A stretch of DNA of 64,000 nt from sequence record MH791404.1; one strand, written 5' to 3'. The notes beneath the pieces are model-generated. The model saw only the letters and a list, made by a program, of their open reading frames with translations, had not been told where the DNA came from and did no database searches. A program made the position numbers and the translations under genes. This document shows positions 8,666 through 20,749 of the stretch, piece after piece; positions within the stretch are counted from its first letter, which is position 1, and the number at the start of each line of letters is the position of its first letter.

Positions 8666-9499
8666 TTACCAGTGCATGAACTCTTGCACAGACTCATCGA
8701 TTTTTGATTTGGGTTCTGGCTTTTTATCTTTCTTACCTTTTTCGCCTTTCTCACCCTTTTCATCTTTGTCGTCTTTCTGACCTTCGTCATCATTGAAGTT
8801 AAGATTTTCGTTTAGAGGTTTCTGATTAGGTTCTTGTTCTTTCTTCTGAGAAACCATTTCAACCAGAGCACTTACACGAGTACCGAATTGTTCAGCAGAA
8901 CCAAACGAAATTCCTTCACAAAGAGTTTTAACTTGTTCTTGTTGAACCATAGTCAGATCTTTAATAGACTCGGCAATAACAGCTTCACGTTCTTTAGCTT
9001 GAATACTTTCGGTCAGAGCAGAGTTTTTACTAACCAGATCGTTAATCATGCTTTGGGCTTCTTCCAGTTCAGCAGCTTGTTCAGCAACGATGTCAACTGC
9101 ATCCTCTGGAACAACAACATGATGAGACACAAATAGTTCTTTCATACCAGCAAGCAGACTTTCAGCAAGTTGGGCTTGGATACCAGTTTCAATAGCTACT
9201 TTGTTATCTTCCATAAAGCTTTCTGCTAGATGTTCGAAATAACTATCCATGGTTTTAATCAGTTCTGCATTCTTTGCTTCGGCAGCTTCTTGAACCAGTT
9301 CATCGGATTTAGCGGCTAGGGCTTCGATGTGCGATTCTGCGAGCTGTACGGCTTCTTCACGCAGTTTGGTTTGAAATACTTGGGTCAGTGCGTCAACTAC
9401 ACCCTCGCTCAAATTGAGCCCTTGCAGAGCGCCAGAAATGGCATCTGCTTGTACAGTGATATTTTTAGATTCACTGAGCAGTTGGTCTTTAATAGACAT
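8666..9499 (-). CDS. 22: Prohead core scaffold protein gp22
   Basis: MSIKDQLLSES, AVQLAESHIE, ESLLAGMKELFVSHHVVVPED; acidic coiled coil; synteny. Confidence 0.93.
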   Translation of the reverse strand: MSIKDQLLSESKNITVQADAISGALQGLNLSEGVVDALTQVFQTKLREEAVQLAESHIEALAAKSDELVQEAAEAKNAELIKTMDSYFEHLAESFMEDNKVAIETGIQAQLAESLLAGMKELFVSHHVVVPEDAVDIVAEQAAELEEAQSMINDLVSKNSALTESIQAKEREAVIAESIKDLTMVQQEQVKTLCEGISFGSAEQFGTRVSALVEMVSQKKEQEPNQKPLNENLNFNDDEGQKDDKDEKGEKGEKGKKDKKPEPKSKIDESVQEFMHW

Positions 9500-9520
9500 T
9501 GGTTTTTCCTTATTTGAAAG

Positions 9521-10246
9521 TTAACTTTTCAATGCTTCGATTAATTTTAGAATCTTTGCATCGTCTGTATTATTTAGGGTAGGTTTTTGATCGGTTTTTG
9601 ATTCGTTAACTCGGTATGCGTTTGTATACGCATTAGGTGCGCTTGGTCCCCAAACAACATCCACCCCAACAGTTAAACGATAACCTTCTTGAACTTCATT
9701 TAAACCGCGAGAATTACGCTTTAAAGAACCAAGACCACGAGAACTAACACCCGGAATCCAACCAGCTCTAATAAGAGCAGCGACCTTATCACCTTCCGCA
9801 TGGTCTCCTTCTACAATACGAGCACGACCATAAACGTCATTACCTTTCCACCAGAGCTTTTCAATGACCAAAGCTGACTTGGATGGATCTGGATAAGAAC
9901 GATCACCGGGGTGATTTAGCTCACCAAGAGATTGTTTAGACGCAACCTGATCTTTAATGTATCTTTCTACGGCTTTTTCCATTACCCGTTTTGGATAAAT
10001 ACGACCATTACCATTAGGAACTTCCGCTTGGAGGAAAATACCCTCGATATAAAGATTACCAGTACCTTTGTCATCCACTGATTCAATAAGGTAACATTCT
10101 TTATTGGGAACCCCGGATTCATTTTTCTCGGTTAGATTAGTATCAGTCCTATATTCGGTGCTCCAATGCTCAATTAAAAGCATATTTTTTGAAGGTTCAC
10201 CGTTGTCTCTACCTTCCCAGTTTTCTACTAGAATATTTTCATACAT
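9521..10246 (-). CDS. 21: Prohead protease gp21
   Basis: LYIEGIFLQAEVPNGNGRIYP, LGELNHP, GVSSRGLGS, VWGPSAPNAY. Confidence 0.97.
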   Translation of the reverse strand: MYENILVENWEGRDNGEPSKNMLLIEHWSTEYRTDTNLTEKNESGVPNKECYLIESVDDKGTGNLYIEGIFLQAEVPNGNGRIYPKRVMEKAVERYIKDQVASKQSLGELNHPGDRSYPDPSKSALVIEKLWWKGNDVYGRARIVEGDHAEGDKVAALIRAGWIPGVSSRGLGSLKRNSRGLNEVQEGYRLTVGVDVVWGPSAPNAYTNAYRVNESKTDQKPTLNNTDDAKILKLIEALKS

Positions 10247-10248
10247 GA

Positions 10249-10725
10249 TTAGAGCCCCATCGAATGGCGCTTACGCATAGCCTTTTTATATTTCTTATTA
10301 GCTCGAATCTGAATAGACGGGTTAGCTCTTTTGGTTTTAACCGCATGTCTAGCAATTTGACGACGCTGTGACTTACTTAATCCAGTGGTTTGTGTCGCTC
10401 TACGTTTACGGGTTTCACGGTCATGGATACGTGTAACAGTACCGGCAGCATTTACACGCTTCACAAGAACTTCATCAAGTTCCTCAGACTCTTCCAAAAT
10501 ACTTAGGATCGCCAATGCTTCAATCGCATTTTCAGAAATCATATTTTCTGCAATTGTCAAAGAGTCATCTTCACCAAATACAGATTTAAGGTGTTGTGCT
10601 TTTTCGGGAGCAGTTGATTCAACGCATTCAGCGATTAACGAAAGGAGTACGTCGTACTCCAAATCGGTTTCAAGAATGCGAGAACCTTTTACTCCCCATT
10701 TGGAAATTACTTCTTGTTTTTCCAT
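10249..10725 (-). CDS. 68: Prohead core protein gp68
   Basis: Basic C-terminus RKRRATQTTGLSKSQRRQIARHAVKTKRANPS as in T4 gp68. Confidence 0.93.
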   Translation of the reverse strand: MEKQEVISKWGVKGSRILETDLEYDVLLSLIAECVESTAPEKAQHLKSVFGEDDSLTIAENMISENAIEALAILSILEESEELDEVLVKRVNAAGTVTRIHDRETRKRRATQTTGLSKSQRRQIARHAVKTKRANPSIQIRANKKYKKAMRKRHSMGL

Positions 10726-10753
10726 TTTATTTTCCTTATGGGGTTGTTAAAAA

Positions 10754-10909
10754 TTATTCTTGTTCGTCTTCGAAGGGGGCTAAGGATGCTCCCATCTGAA
10801 CCCGCATATCATGAGTTTTAGCGGCAATACGTGAAAACATTTCAGTTTCGAATGCACCTTTAGCGGCAATAAGATCACCAGCTCGTGCTGCATTAATAAA
10901 TTCTTCCAT
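10754..10909 (-). CDS. 67: Prohead core protein gp67 (51 aa, below ORF-track cutoff)
   Basis: Hand translation MEEFINAARAGDLIAAKGAFETEMFSRIAAK...; resembles T4 gp67 N-terminus; lies between 20 and 68; CTAAATA at 10923-10929. Confidence 0.85.
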   Translation of the reverse strand: MEEFINAARAGDLIAAKGAFETEMFSRIAAKTHDMRVQMGASLAPFEDEQE

Positions 10910-10934
10910 CACTCTATACCTTTATTTAGTGTTG

Positions 10935-12512
10935 TTAAAAATCAGCGAGACCATCTTCTGGATTTGGTGGATTGAGAATTTCGGATTTCATTTCTTCCTC
11001 AATCTTCTTCGCCTCTTCTTCAATTTGTTTATCTGTCATTTTCATTATGTCTTTCATAATTGTATTATGAGACATATATTTTCCGACAATGTTATTTTGA
11101 ATGAGACTACTAACCACATCTACTCTACGTTGAAGAATCTCAATATCTTTAAGTTCTTCATAATAAGAATCTTTGGCATATACAATCTTGATGTTATTCT
11201 TTTCTTCATCCCATTCTTCCTGACTCATAATACCTTTTAGAATAAGGTTTGTAACAAGTGGGTCATAGAAAATTGGGTCAAATTGGCGTTGCATACCACG
11301 AACCAATTTAGAAAACAACAGCTCATCACGAGATATTTCCCCACCATTTGAGAATGTAACACCACCAGATTCCATTGGAAGACGACTAAGAGGCAATTTC
11401 ATTGCTTCATACACTTTACGGTTGAACCAACGAACGTCGTCCATTTCACCAATAGACTGAGCACCCGGAAGAGTAGAAATCTCGGTAGAAGCCTTACCAT
11501 CGCGACGCATCAACCAGAAATCTTCTGTCATGCTTAGGTTATTGGCTGCTGTTTTAACCTTACCAGTTGAACTGTCATAGATAACCCGGTTTTTAAAACC
11601 TTGCATGACTTTGTTTACGTGTTCGGTTGCTTTTTTCGGTTGCATATTACCAACGTCAATATAAAAAATACGACGTTCTGGTGCGCGTGATACGCGATAT
11701 ATAACCAATGCATCCTCTAACATTTTCAAAATGTTAGCTGGCTTTATTGCAGCATGTAAATGCCCTATAATGGATCTACCATCACAAGATACTTTGCCAC
11801 TATGAGCATAAACCATCGCATCGCGGGGAATAACGATATGGTTTGTATTGGCTTGGTTTATATTATAAGTCGAACATTCAGTACCAGAATAAGTAAAATA
11901 TTCACGATGACCTTTATAAATGCTATTGCCACCTTCAACCTCTTTAAAGTTTTCTCTGTGATAATATACAGCTCGTGGGTCTAACAACCGAAGTTCTTTA
12001 ATACCTTCTTTTTGGCGTTTCGGATCGATCATTTTATGGAAATAGATCCGACTATCAACATACCAACGGCGATATAATCTCTTACCTTCTTTTTCGAAGT
12101 TCAAAAGAGACAATATTTCTTCAAATTCTTCCTGAACCCGGTCTTTAATGGATTTATTCCATTTAGTTGCATCCAGATCCAATGAAACAGTATTCTTTTC
12201 GTCTTCTTGAACAATTGCATCGTTTACGATTTCATCAATCGCATTATCAACTTCGTGATAATTTGTTAGAGCGCGATATTGATCTATAAGTTGACGAGTT
12301 GAATTAATTTTTTGTTCAGTACCATATGCATAAGCTTGATATGCACGACTTGGTGCTGATGTATCGGTTCTATCAATAGAATTTGCACCATCGGGATTGT
12401 CTGGTGCGGAGAAACTATCAATACCCGATTTGAGTTCTATATCTAGTTCCTTATCGTCATCTTTCGCCCACGGACGAAGAAAACTTGGAACAGTAAAACG
12501 ACCATTGAACAT
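10935..12512 (-). CDS. 20: Portal protein gp20
   Basis: YHEVDNAIDEIVNDAIV, RRWYVDSRIYFHK, LEDALVIYRVSRAPERRIFYIDVGN, MTEDFWLMRRDG. Confidence 0.99.
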   Translation of the reverse strand: MFNGRFTVPSFLRPWAKDDDKELDIELKSGIDSFSAPDNPDGANSIDRTDTSAPSRAYQAYAYGTEQKINSTRQLIDQYRALTNYHEVDNAIDEIVNDAIVQEDEKNTVSLDLDATKWNKSIKDRVQEEFEEILSLLNFEKEGKRLYRRWYVDSRIYFHKMIDPKRQKEGIKELRLLDPRAVYYHRENFKEVEGGNSIYKGHREYFTYSGTECSTYNINQANTNHIVIPRDAMVYAHSGKVSCDGRSIIGHLHAAIKPANILKMLEDALVIYRVSRAPERRIFYIDVGNMQPKKATEHVNKVMQGFKNRVIYDSSTGKVKTAANNLSMTEDFWLMRRDGKASTEISTLPGAQSIGEMDDVRWFNRKVYEAMKLPLSRLPMESGGVTFSNGGEISRDELLFSKLVRGMQRQFDPIFYDPLVTNLILKGIMSQEEWDEEKNNIKIVYAKDSYYEELKDIEILQRRVDVVSSLIQNNIVGKYMSHNTIMKDIMKMTDKQIEEEAKKIEEEMKSEILNPPNPEDGLADF

Positions 12513-12593
12513 ATGAGTAATCCTTTTATTTTATCTATATTTATTTAGGGCAATAAAATTAAAAGGATATGGGGTATTTCTACCCCAATCATT

Positions 12594-13082
12594 TTATTCC
12601 CACCAGTCCAAAGCCATAATAACTTCAAACATTTCAACCTCAGACCCAGTATCCCAGTCCAAAGCAAGTTCGGAAATTTGGGTAGGCCAAGTACCATAAA
12701 CTGTATAAGAACGAGTGCGCTTACCAGTACGGTCGAGTTGATGTACGGTTGCTTCCTTCTTATACACGGTTGGAACTTCACCATTGATATTACGACCAAG
12801 GGATTGAGCTATATTTTGCCACTCAATAAATTGTTGACGTGTGTTGTGTTCGGTGTCATTATAGACTGTGAGTGTCCAGTCATCGAATGTACGGTCACCA
12901 GCCAGTTTGAGCTTTTTATTCTGATAACCCAGAATTACGGGTTCTACAGTTGCACCCGGCATAGAAGCAGCTTTACATTTAAATGAAAAGTCTTGCCCCA
13001 TGAAAGGAATTTCAATCTCAAACAGGTTAGGGCGAGCCAGATCACCGTTAGAAAACGCACGGCTTACATCAGTAAGATCCAT
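12594..13082 (-). CDS. 19: Tail tube protein gp19
   Basis: GDLARPNLFEIEIP, AGDRTFDDWTLTVYND; 162 aa. Confidence 0.97.
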   Translation of the reverse strand: MDLTDVSRAFSNGDLARPNLFEIEIPFMGQDFSFKCKAASMPGATVEPVILGYQNKKLKLAGDRTFDDWTLTVYNDTEHNTRQQFIEWQNIAQSLGRNINGEVPTVYKKEATVHQLDRTGKRTRSYTVYGTWPTQISELALDWDTGSEVEMFEVIMALDWWE

Positions 13083-13149
13083 TTTAAACCTCTTTGTATT
13101 CTTTAATTATTTAGGGTGGTTAAAATGGGGGATATTATCCCCCACTCTA

Positions 13150-15186
13150 TTAGTTTTGTGGACCAACCAACTCATCGAAGTTAGCGGAAGTTCCCACGGC
13201 GGAGAAGTTCAGGCTAACATAGTTGATAGACCGTGCTGGTTTGATTAGAATAGTTGCAACAAACTCGTTGCGGTCAATAACCGCTGGGGTGTTGTTTGTC
13301 TCATCACACACGACACGGAAATCATAGATACCACCAAGAGACTTGATAGAATCTAGGTAGGAATTGACCTCACTGCGGAAAGAGTTACGAGTGAACGCAT
13401 CGTTATTCTCAAACAGCTTATATTTCGCACTTTCAGAGATAGACTTCTTCAACAGGTTGAACAAACGACGGACGTTGATCCGATCGAATGGGGTTGGTTG
13501 AAGACTCATAGTCTTATCACCATACAGAATGAAACCTTGACCGGGGAATCCAACTACTGGGTTCATACTGTTTTGATACAGCTCATCACGATGTGCTTGA
13601 CGAGTCTCGATAGCCAGCTTACGAACGTCTAGGATCTGACCACGGTTAAAACCAGCCGGAGACATCCATGGTTGGGCTACTGTGTCTGTACGAGCACACA
13701 AACCAGCCATATCAGCAGACAGCGGGATCCAACGGTTGGTGTCGTTGTATTTGTCATATTGCAGCTTGTAGTTTGCAGATGTAGAACTGTAGGTGGTTCC
13801 TATGTTCATGTTATCATCAACCACAACACCCGAATCGGTAACACCACGACGCCATTCAACCATCTTCTTAACCGAAGTTGCTACAGGTAGGTTTACCATG
13901 TATTCGCGGGGTGGGCTGATCCAGCCAAGACAATCCTGACGCTCATCACAGATGGCGGCAACGGATTTCTGTACAGTTGATGCAATTTCTACACCTTCAC
14001 CAGCACAAGAACCGGCAATAAACAGGTTTACATCTACGTGCTCACGGTCGGAGAACATATCCCAACCTTCGATCCAATCACCGGCAGAAGCAGTCGAGTT
14101 ACCACTATTACCGCCACCGAATGTAAGGATTCCGGAATATTCCGTAGGCCACGACTCAGCAACACCTTGAATAAAGGTGGAATATCCATTAATGAAGAAT
14201 TCATCAACATAGATACTGGAACCGTATATATCGCGGTCATTCTCTTTTACTGACAGAACACGAGATTCAACAGCAGAACCACCAACAAAAACAATCATTG
14301 CGAACTGGTCTTTTGTTTGTGGACCATATTCCAAATAAGAGCTTGGGGTGATATTACCAAAACTCAAACCACTTGGGAAAGTTTTCAGGTTTACTGTATT
14401 AACAGAAGAAATCTTACCATCAACACCAAACTTGTAATAATCTTTGTACGCAATAAATGCGACTTGGATATTATCACCGGTCAGACCGGCATAACGAGAA
14501 GCAACAACCGGAATACCATAGGATTCACACATATCGATGTATGTTTCGGTCGTTTCGTCTCTACGAAGCAGGGATTCACGGGAATATTCATCATTACGGA
14601 TATAAATCTTACTATCTTGACGAATACCATTCAGTACAGCCGTTGCAGATTGACCACTACCGGGACCACCAGAGGTAAATTGGATCTGCCATCCATTTTG
14701 AAGGGCTGGGTAATCGTTAAGTTCTTTTGCCTTTTTGACTACTTCGGCAGTAGAGAATCTAACGAAGGTAATACCACCAACGGAGTTAAGTGCGGACACT
14801 TTACCAGTGGTGATAGTTGCACCATTTTGGAGAATTTTAACATCGTCACCAATACGATAATCAACACCCGGAGATGTAATAGTATAATCAATTGTTTCAA
14901 AAAACGGACTAGAGTTACGTGCTGTATCTTCATCAAGAATACGGACGGTACGAAGATCGTTACCATATTTCAGGAAGTTGATCGCACTGAGAACGCTATC
15001 AGCAGTTTGATTATCAGGACGACCGAAACGGTCGATAAGATCGGTCTCGGAAACTAGTTGAGAAATTTGATATGCAGGACCCCACTGGAATTTACCAGCT
15101 AGAGCCGCCCGTCCAGTAGATGAACGGGCAATAGTAGTTTGCATATTATTCTCTTTAGCTTCTACACCCGGAGAAAGTAATGCCAT
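13150..15186 (-). CDS. 18: Tail sheath protein gp18
   Basis: MALLSPGVEAKE, AGKFQWGP, PWMSPAGFNRG, FDRINVRRLF, IKPARSINYVSLNF. Confidence 0.99.
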   Translation of the reverse strand: MALLSPGVEAKENNMQTTIARSSTGRAALAGKFQWGPAYQISQLVSETDLIDRFGRPDNQTADSVLSAINFLKYGNDLRTVRILDEDTARNSSPFFETIDYTITSPGVDYRIGDDVKILQNGATITTGKVSALNSVGGITFVRFSTAEVVKKAKELNDYPALQNGWQIQFTSGGPGSGQSATAVLNGIRQDSKIYIRNDEYSRESLLRRDETTETYIDMCESYGIPVVASRYAGLTGDNIQVAFIAYKDYYKFGVDGKISSVNTVNLKTFPSGLSFGNITPSSYLEYGPQTKDQFAMIVFVGGSAVESRVLSVKENDRDIYGSSIYVDEFFINGYSTFIQGVAESWPTEYSGILTFGGGNSGNSTASAGDWIEGWDMFSDREHVDVNLFIAGSCAGEGVEIASTVQKSVAAICDERQDCLGWISPPREYMVNLPVATSVKKMVEWRRGVTDSGVVVDDNMNIGTTYSSTSANYKLQYDKYNDTNRWIPLSADMAGLCARTDTVAQPWMSPAGFNRGQILDVRKLAIETRQAHRDELYQNSMNPVVGFPGQGFILYGDKTMSLQPTPFDRINVRRLFNLLKKSISESAKYKLFENNDAFTRNSFRSEVNSYLDSIKSLGGIYDFRVVCDETNNTPAVIDRNEFVATILIKPARSINYVSLNFSAVGTSANFDELVGPQN

Positions 15187-15198
15187 TTTATTTTCCTT

Positions 15199-17121
<1,923 letters not shown>

Positions 17122-17427
17122 TTATCCCTCAAAAACATACCTATAGAATGAACCTCTGGGGATATCTAACACATTAGTAAATTTGATAACCGAGTTTCCG
17201 ATGATATATTTGTCACCAGAAACATCATATCCTAATTTAGAAAATATATAGGTGTATAATTCTCTAACCAGTGGATAATTAACAACTTGAACTCTAACAC
17301 CATTTCTGTGTGTTAGAATATCCCACGATGTACTAATTAGATAGTCATTAAATTCCGTTCTATCTAGGTCAATATAAGCCCTTAGATGTTCTTCTGTTTT
17401 TATATGTTCTCGCCAATTAATTTGCAT
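17122..17427 (-). CDS. Hypothetical protein inserted between genes 16 and 17
   Basis: 101 aa from ATG 17427 (MQINWREHIK...), overlapping the gene 16 stop; GAGG upstream. Confidence 0.7.
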   Translation of the reverse strand: MQINWREHIKTEEHLRAYIDLDRTEFNDYLISTSWDILTHRNGVRVQVVNYPLVRELYTYIFSKLGYDVSGDKYIIGNSVIKFTNVLDIPRGSFYRYVFEG

Positions 17428-17929
17428 TTTTAACCTCTTCTGATTCACCATCAATAACAAGAGATTGAGCCTGTGTTTGGGTTCCTTCTCTTAGCATTAG
17501 TTCAGCAGGGGTTCCCATAAAAACAGTAGCGTTTTCAATATTCATACTCGGGCTAGGAGTTTCTGGTTTATTTCCACCAGTTTTTGTTTTCTCGGCTGTA
17601 ATTGCGTCCATTTCTTTATGGAGCTTAAGAATTTCCTTTGTATTAGCAGTCCACGTTCCCATTAACTGAGTGAACGCATTAACTTGGTTTGGACTCTCTG
17701 AATTCTTTGCATTCTCCAATGCAATTGCCGCCATAGCCATAATCATTTGTTGTTGTTGGTTTAATGCTTGTCTAGCCAAACTGTAATCGTCTGATAGGTC
17801 TTTTGCTCTATCTAACGGGTTGGATTCCACCGGAAGTAATACAGTTGGTTCATACACAACAACTTCGCCACCATCAAATCCGGGCAACCCAGACACATCA
17901 AGTAGACTTTTCATATCTAATTCACTCAT
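17417..17929 (-). CDS. 16: Terminase small subunit gp16
   Basis: LLDVSGLPG, VESNPLDRAKDLSDDYSLARQAL, FMGTPAELM as in T4 gp16. Confidence 0.95.
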   Translation of the reverse strand: MSELDMKSLLDVSGLPGFDGGEVVVYEPTVLLPVESNPLDRAKDLSDDYSLARQALNQQQQMIMAMAAIALENAKNSESPNQVNAFTQLMGTWTANTKEILKLHKEMDAITAEKTKTGGNKPETPSPSMNIENATVFMGTPAELMLREGTQTQAQSLVIDGESEEVKNAN

Positions 17930-17930
17930 T

Positions 17931-18743
17931 TTAATTCTCTCTTGGTTTTGATGGTTCTGGATCTACGGGGATTGGTACTCCAGCAGAGCAAGTTTCTATA
18001 TAATCCCCATTCCATGTATTCGGTGTGGAATCGAAAGGAACCACTTGTGAGTCAACGGATTCATAAGCTTCAACCGGTAGTCTTTTCATATTCCCAAAGA
18101 AATCAAGATATGTTGTTTTAATCTCACCCTTAAGGTCTGCAAAGTTCGCATACATCCAACCATCCAGTTCAAAGAATAAGGTCCATTCTAGACGACGACG
18201 TTCTCCCCGGTCTCCTTCTAATTCTTCTGACATAGAAACAGATTGAATTGTTATCTGAATATCTCTATTGACGGGGGTTTTACCGTCATGAAGTTCAACA
18301 ATTTTGCATGGGAAGTTAGGTTGGAAATATGGTAGAATTTGCTCTACGATGGTATGCATATCAGTTTCATATCTGGTATGAATAGAAACCTCAAAAGTAA
18401 ATTTCCAAGGTACTGGGTTGAAAATATTATATGACTTATTGTTTTGGTCAGATGCTTGTCTTCCCTGCATACCTGTTTTATACTGGGAGTTATACATCAT
18501 ATCCACCATATGGATATTTATTCTAGGGAGAATGGTTTCACCACGAGCCATTTCACCATCATAATTGTTACTAAACGCATTGTTAAGCTTTATGATAAAT
18601 CGCTCTTTTGATGCGTTTGTAATTGGTACTTTATTATAAAACTTTTGGTCTCCCCGTGTACGTTCTACTTGTACACCGCTAAGGAGGTCCATTAGCAAAA
18701 CCGTATATCTACGCATTGAGCTATTATAGAAATATCCAAACAT
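17931..18743 (-). CDS. 15: Tail terminator/sheath stabiliser gp15
   Basis: MFGYFYNSSMRRY, KVPITNASKE, ILPRI, IVEQILPYFQP. Confidence 0.97.
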   Translation of the reverse strand: MFGYFYNSSMRRYTVLLMDLLSGVQVERTRGDQKFYNKVPITNASKERFIIKLNNAFSNNYDGEMARGETILPRINIHMVDMMYNSQYKTGMQGRQASDQNNKSYNIFNPVPWKFTFEVSIHTRYETDMHTIVEQILPYFQPNFPCKIVELHDGKTPVNRDIQITIQSVSMSEELEGDRGERRRLEWTLFFELDGWMYANFADLKGEIKTTYLDFFGNMKRLPVEAYESVDSQVVPFDSTPNTWNGDYIETCSAGVPIPVDPEPSKPREN

Positions 18744-18805
18744 AATTTACACTCCATATGTATTTATTGTATTTAGGGAAGCGGGGTTTCCCCCGCCTTT
18801 ATATT

Positions 18806-19597
18806 TTATCTAAAGTCAAGATCACTGAATGGGTCTTTATTAGTTTGACCATTAACAAATGGTTGATATGGAGCTTCTGCAACCGGGGCACCAGTACCAA
18901 TTAACACATCAAATTCTTCTACAAAATCATCTGCTTCGTCAGAAACAAAATCATCTTCTTCATATTCAAGAATCGATGTATCAACTCTTTTATCGAGTTT
19001 ACGAACTGGGTCGAGTGCCGGATTCATAATATAATCAGACGGACTAAACTCCGGTTGAATCTCTTCACCAGAATATATGAATTTCTGTGCTGTGATTTTA
19101 TACAGGGTTTCTTGTCCATTTTGATAGAATGGGTTATTTGGTTCAACCCAAGTTACTTCGAAAAGGGCATTATTCATAGGGAAATATATTAAGTCTCCCT
19201 CCCTTGCCTTCTCTCCATCCCCTTGTCTATTAAACAGTTCTGGGGATACAGAGAATTCAGCCTCATCATTTACACTCATACCAAATTTTGAGAAAAATTC
19301 TTGACGTCCCTGATACCCTTCAAAGTTTTCCAAATACATAGCAACCCGGAAAGCGTTGTTGAATTTGGATTGCATATCTTCCCCGTACAAAAGGTCAAGT
19401 TTCACCAGTTCCCTTCGAATATAGAAAACCTCAATTCCTTTCATTTGGATTGCTTCTGACATTAAATGTCTAGCAAATGCTTGTGTATAGCCATGACCAT
19501 AATTATTAACATGAGGATTCAATACTTCTTTCTTATTAGTTGAATCCTCATATCCGGAACCATCTTCTAGTCTGGCAAATAGATTAGAATCGTACAT
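18806..19597 (-). CDS. 14: Neck protein gp14
   Basis: MYDSNLFARLE, EAIQMKGIEVFYIRRE, FFSKFGM, EGDLIYFPM. Confidence 0.97.
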   Translation of the reverse strand: MYDSNLFARLEDGSGYEDSTNKKEVLNPHVNNYGHGYTQAFARHLMSEAIQMKGIEVFYIRRELVKLDLLYGEDMQSKFNNAFRVAMYLENFEGYQGRQEFFSKFGMSVNDEAEFSVSPELFNRQGDGEKAREGDLIYFPMNNALFEVTWVEPNNPFYQNGQETLYKITAQKFIYSGEEIQPEFSPSDYIMNPALDPVRKLDKRVDTSILEYEEDDFVSDEADDFVEEFDVLIGTGAPVAEAPYQPFVNGQTNKDPFSDLDFR

Positions 19598-19600
19598 ATA

Positions 19601-20521
19601 TTACCCCATAATAATTGGATCTGGACCAGCCAACAGAAGCAATTCCTCTCGAAGAGTCTCAATTTCTTGTTTGGCTTCTTGGATTAGTCTAGTTCCGTCA
19701 ACAGTTACTCCACCGGGGAGTTGCATCCCTTGGTGTTTAGCCATTATATTCCCCCAAACCTCTTTAACGAACGCCGTGGACATATCTTTAACCCACCTGT
19801 TGTTATATACCTTCTGGTCTGGGAAGTCGTTCCTTGCGCTTCCTATGACGCTTTGGGGGAGTTTCTTGTATGGGTTAGACCATTTATTTTCTAAATCTGA
19901 TGCAGGTACACCGTGACCTATTGGTAAAGCACTACCTATATCGTTAAATGCATATTCGTCAAGGTCTACGAAGTTTTGAACATATGCTTCAATAACCATC
20001 ACATCACCTTTTTTGAGGTTGTTGTGTGTGATCTGTAGAATCCCAGATTTGGTATCAAAATCATAATCCGGTAGTGGATTTAATTGGTCTTGTAGGAGTT
20101 TCTGATAGGAACTAAATGCAGCAAAATATCCAACGGAACCGATTGTCCCAAAAGGTCCATGGTAGCAAGAACCAACGCCACTCGTTGCTAACCCAGTAAT
20201 GAAACTAGCAAACCAGTTTAGAGGAACACCACCACCCAACAGAGTCATATTACCGACCATACTACGCAGAATTCTAGTTACTGCGAATACTGGGTATTCA
20301 CTCAAATCGATATACCCGGTCATGGCTTGTTCTTCGGTTAGAATACAGGTTATAAAGGCCCGGTTTAGTGCATCGTGGTGGTAATCTTTATAAAGTTCAA
20401 GAGCCCGCCCGATACTGTCATAGATCTGAGTTTCTGTAACCTCAATATTTATAATTGGAGCACCTAACCGACGAAGAATATTATCTTTTAGTTCTTTAGG
20501 GTTATTACAGGTATTATACAT
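19601..20521 (-). CDS. 13: Neck protein gp13
   Basis: NPKELKDNILRRLGAPIINIEVTE, YNNRWVKD, KHQGMQLPGGVTVDG. Confidence 0.97.
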   Translation of the reverse strand: MYNTCNNPKELKDNILRRLGAPIINIEVTETQIYDSIGRALELYKDYHHDALNRAFITCILTEEQAMTGYIDLSEYPVFAVTRILRSMVGNMTLLGGGVPLNWFASFITGLATSGVGSCYHGPFGTIGSVGYFAAFSSYQKLLQDQLNPLPDYDFDTKSGILQITHNNLKKGDVMVIEAYVQNFVDLDEYAFNDIGSALPIGHGVPASDLENKWSNPYKKLPQSVIGSARNDFPDQKVYNNRWVKDMSTAFVKEVWGNIMAKHQGMQLPGGVTVDGTRLIQEAKQEIETLREELLLLAGPDPIIMG

Positions 20522-20562
20522 TTTATCTTCCTTTAATAGTTTACAATGGTATTTAGAGAAAA

Positions 20563-20592
20563 GCCCCGAACGAATAAACGAACGGGGCTTTT
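20563..20592 (-). terminator. Terminator upstream of gene 13
   Basis: AAGCCCCG...CGGGGCTT stem with flanking A/T runs. Confidence 0.65.
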
Positions 20593-20594
20593 AA

Positions 20595-20738
20595 TTATTG
20601 TTCTTTATTTTTGTTAGCCTCTTTATCTTCTTCATTCTGCTTCTGTTTTTTGGTGATTGCTTCCGCCGCCACCTTAAGCAACTGAGTTAGAATTTCGAGA
20701 CCTATTGTCCTAAAGAATAAAAGTACAGCGGTTTGCAT
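20595..20738 (-). CDS. Small 47-aa hypothetical protein
   Basis: Hand translation MQTAVLLFFRTIGLEILTQLLKVAAEAITKKQKQNEEDKEANKNKEQ; AGGGG RBS. Confidence 0.55.
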   Translation of the reverse strand: MQTAVLLFFRTIGLEILTQLLKVAAEAITKKQKQNEEDKEANKNKEQ

Positions 20739-20749
20739 TTTAATGCCCC

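Noticed and set aside
14317-15057. 246-aa plus-strand ORF opposite gene 18; similarly 27765-28547 (gene 10) and 33855-34451 (gene 7)
   Set aside because: Fully antisense to well-supported structural genes; typical shadow ORFs.
17428-17460. ORF-track upstream starts for 17122-17460, 26773-27762, 45530-46501 and 52799-53857
   Set aside because: They overlap the preceding gene; downstream ATGs with RBS or TAATG coupling (17427, 27744, 45545, 52868) fit better.
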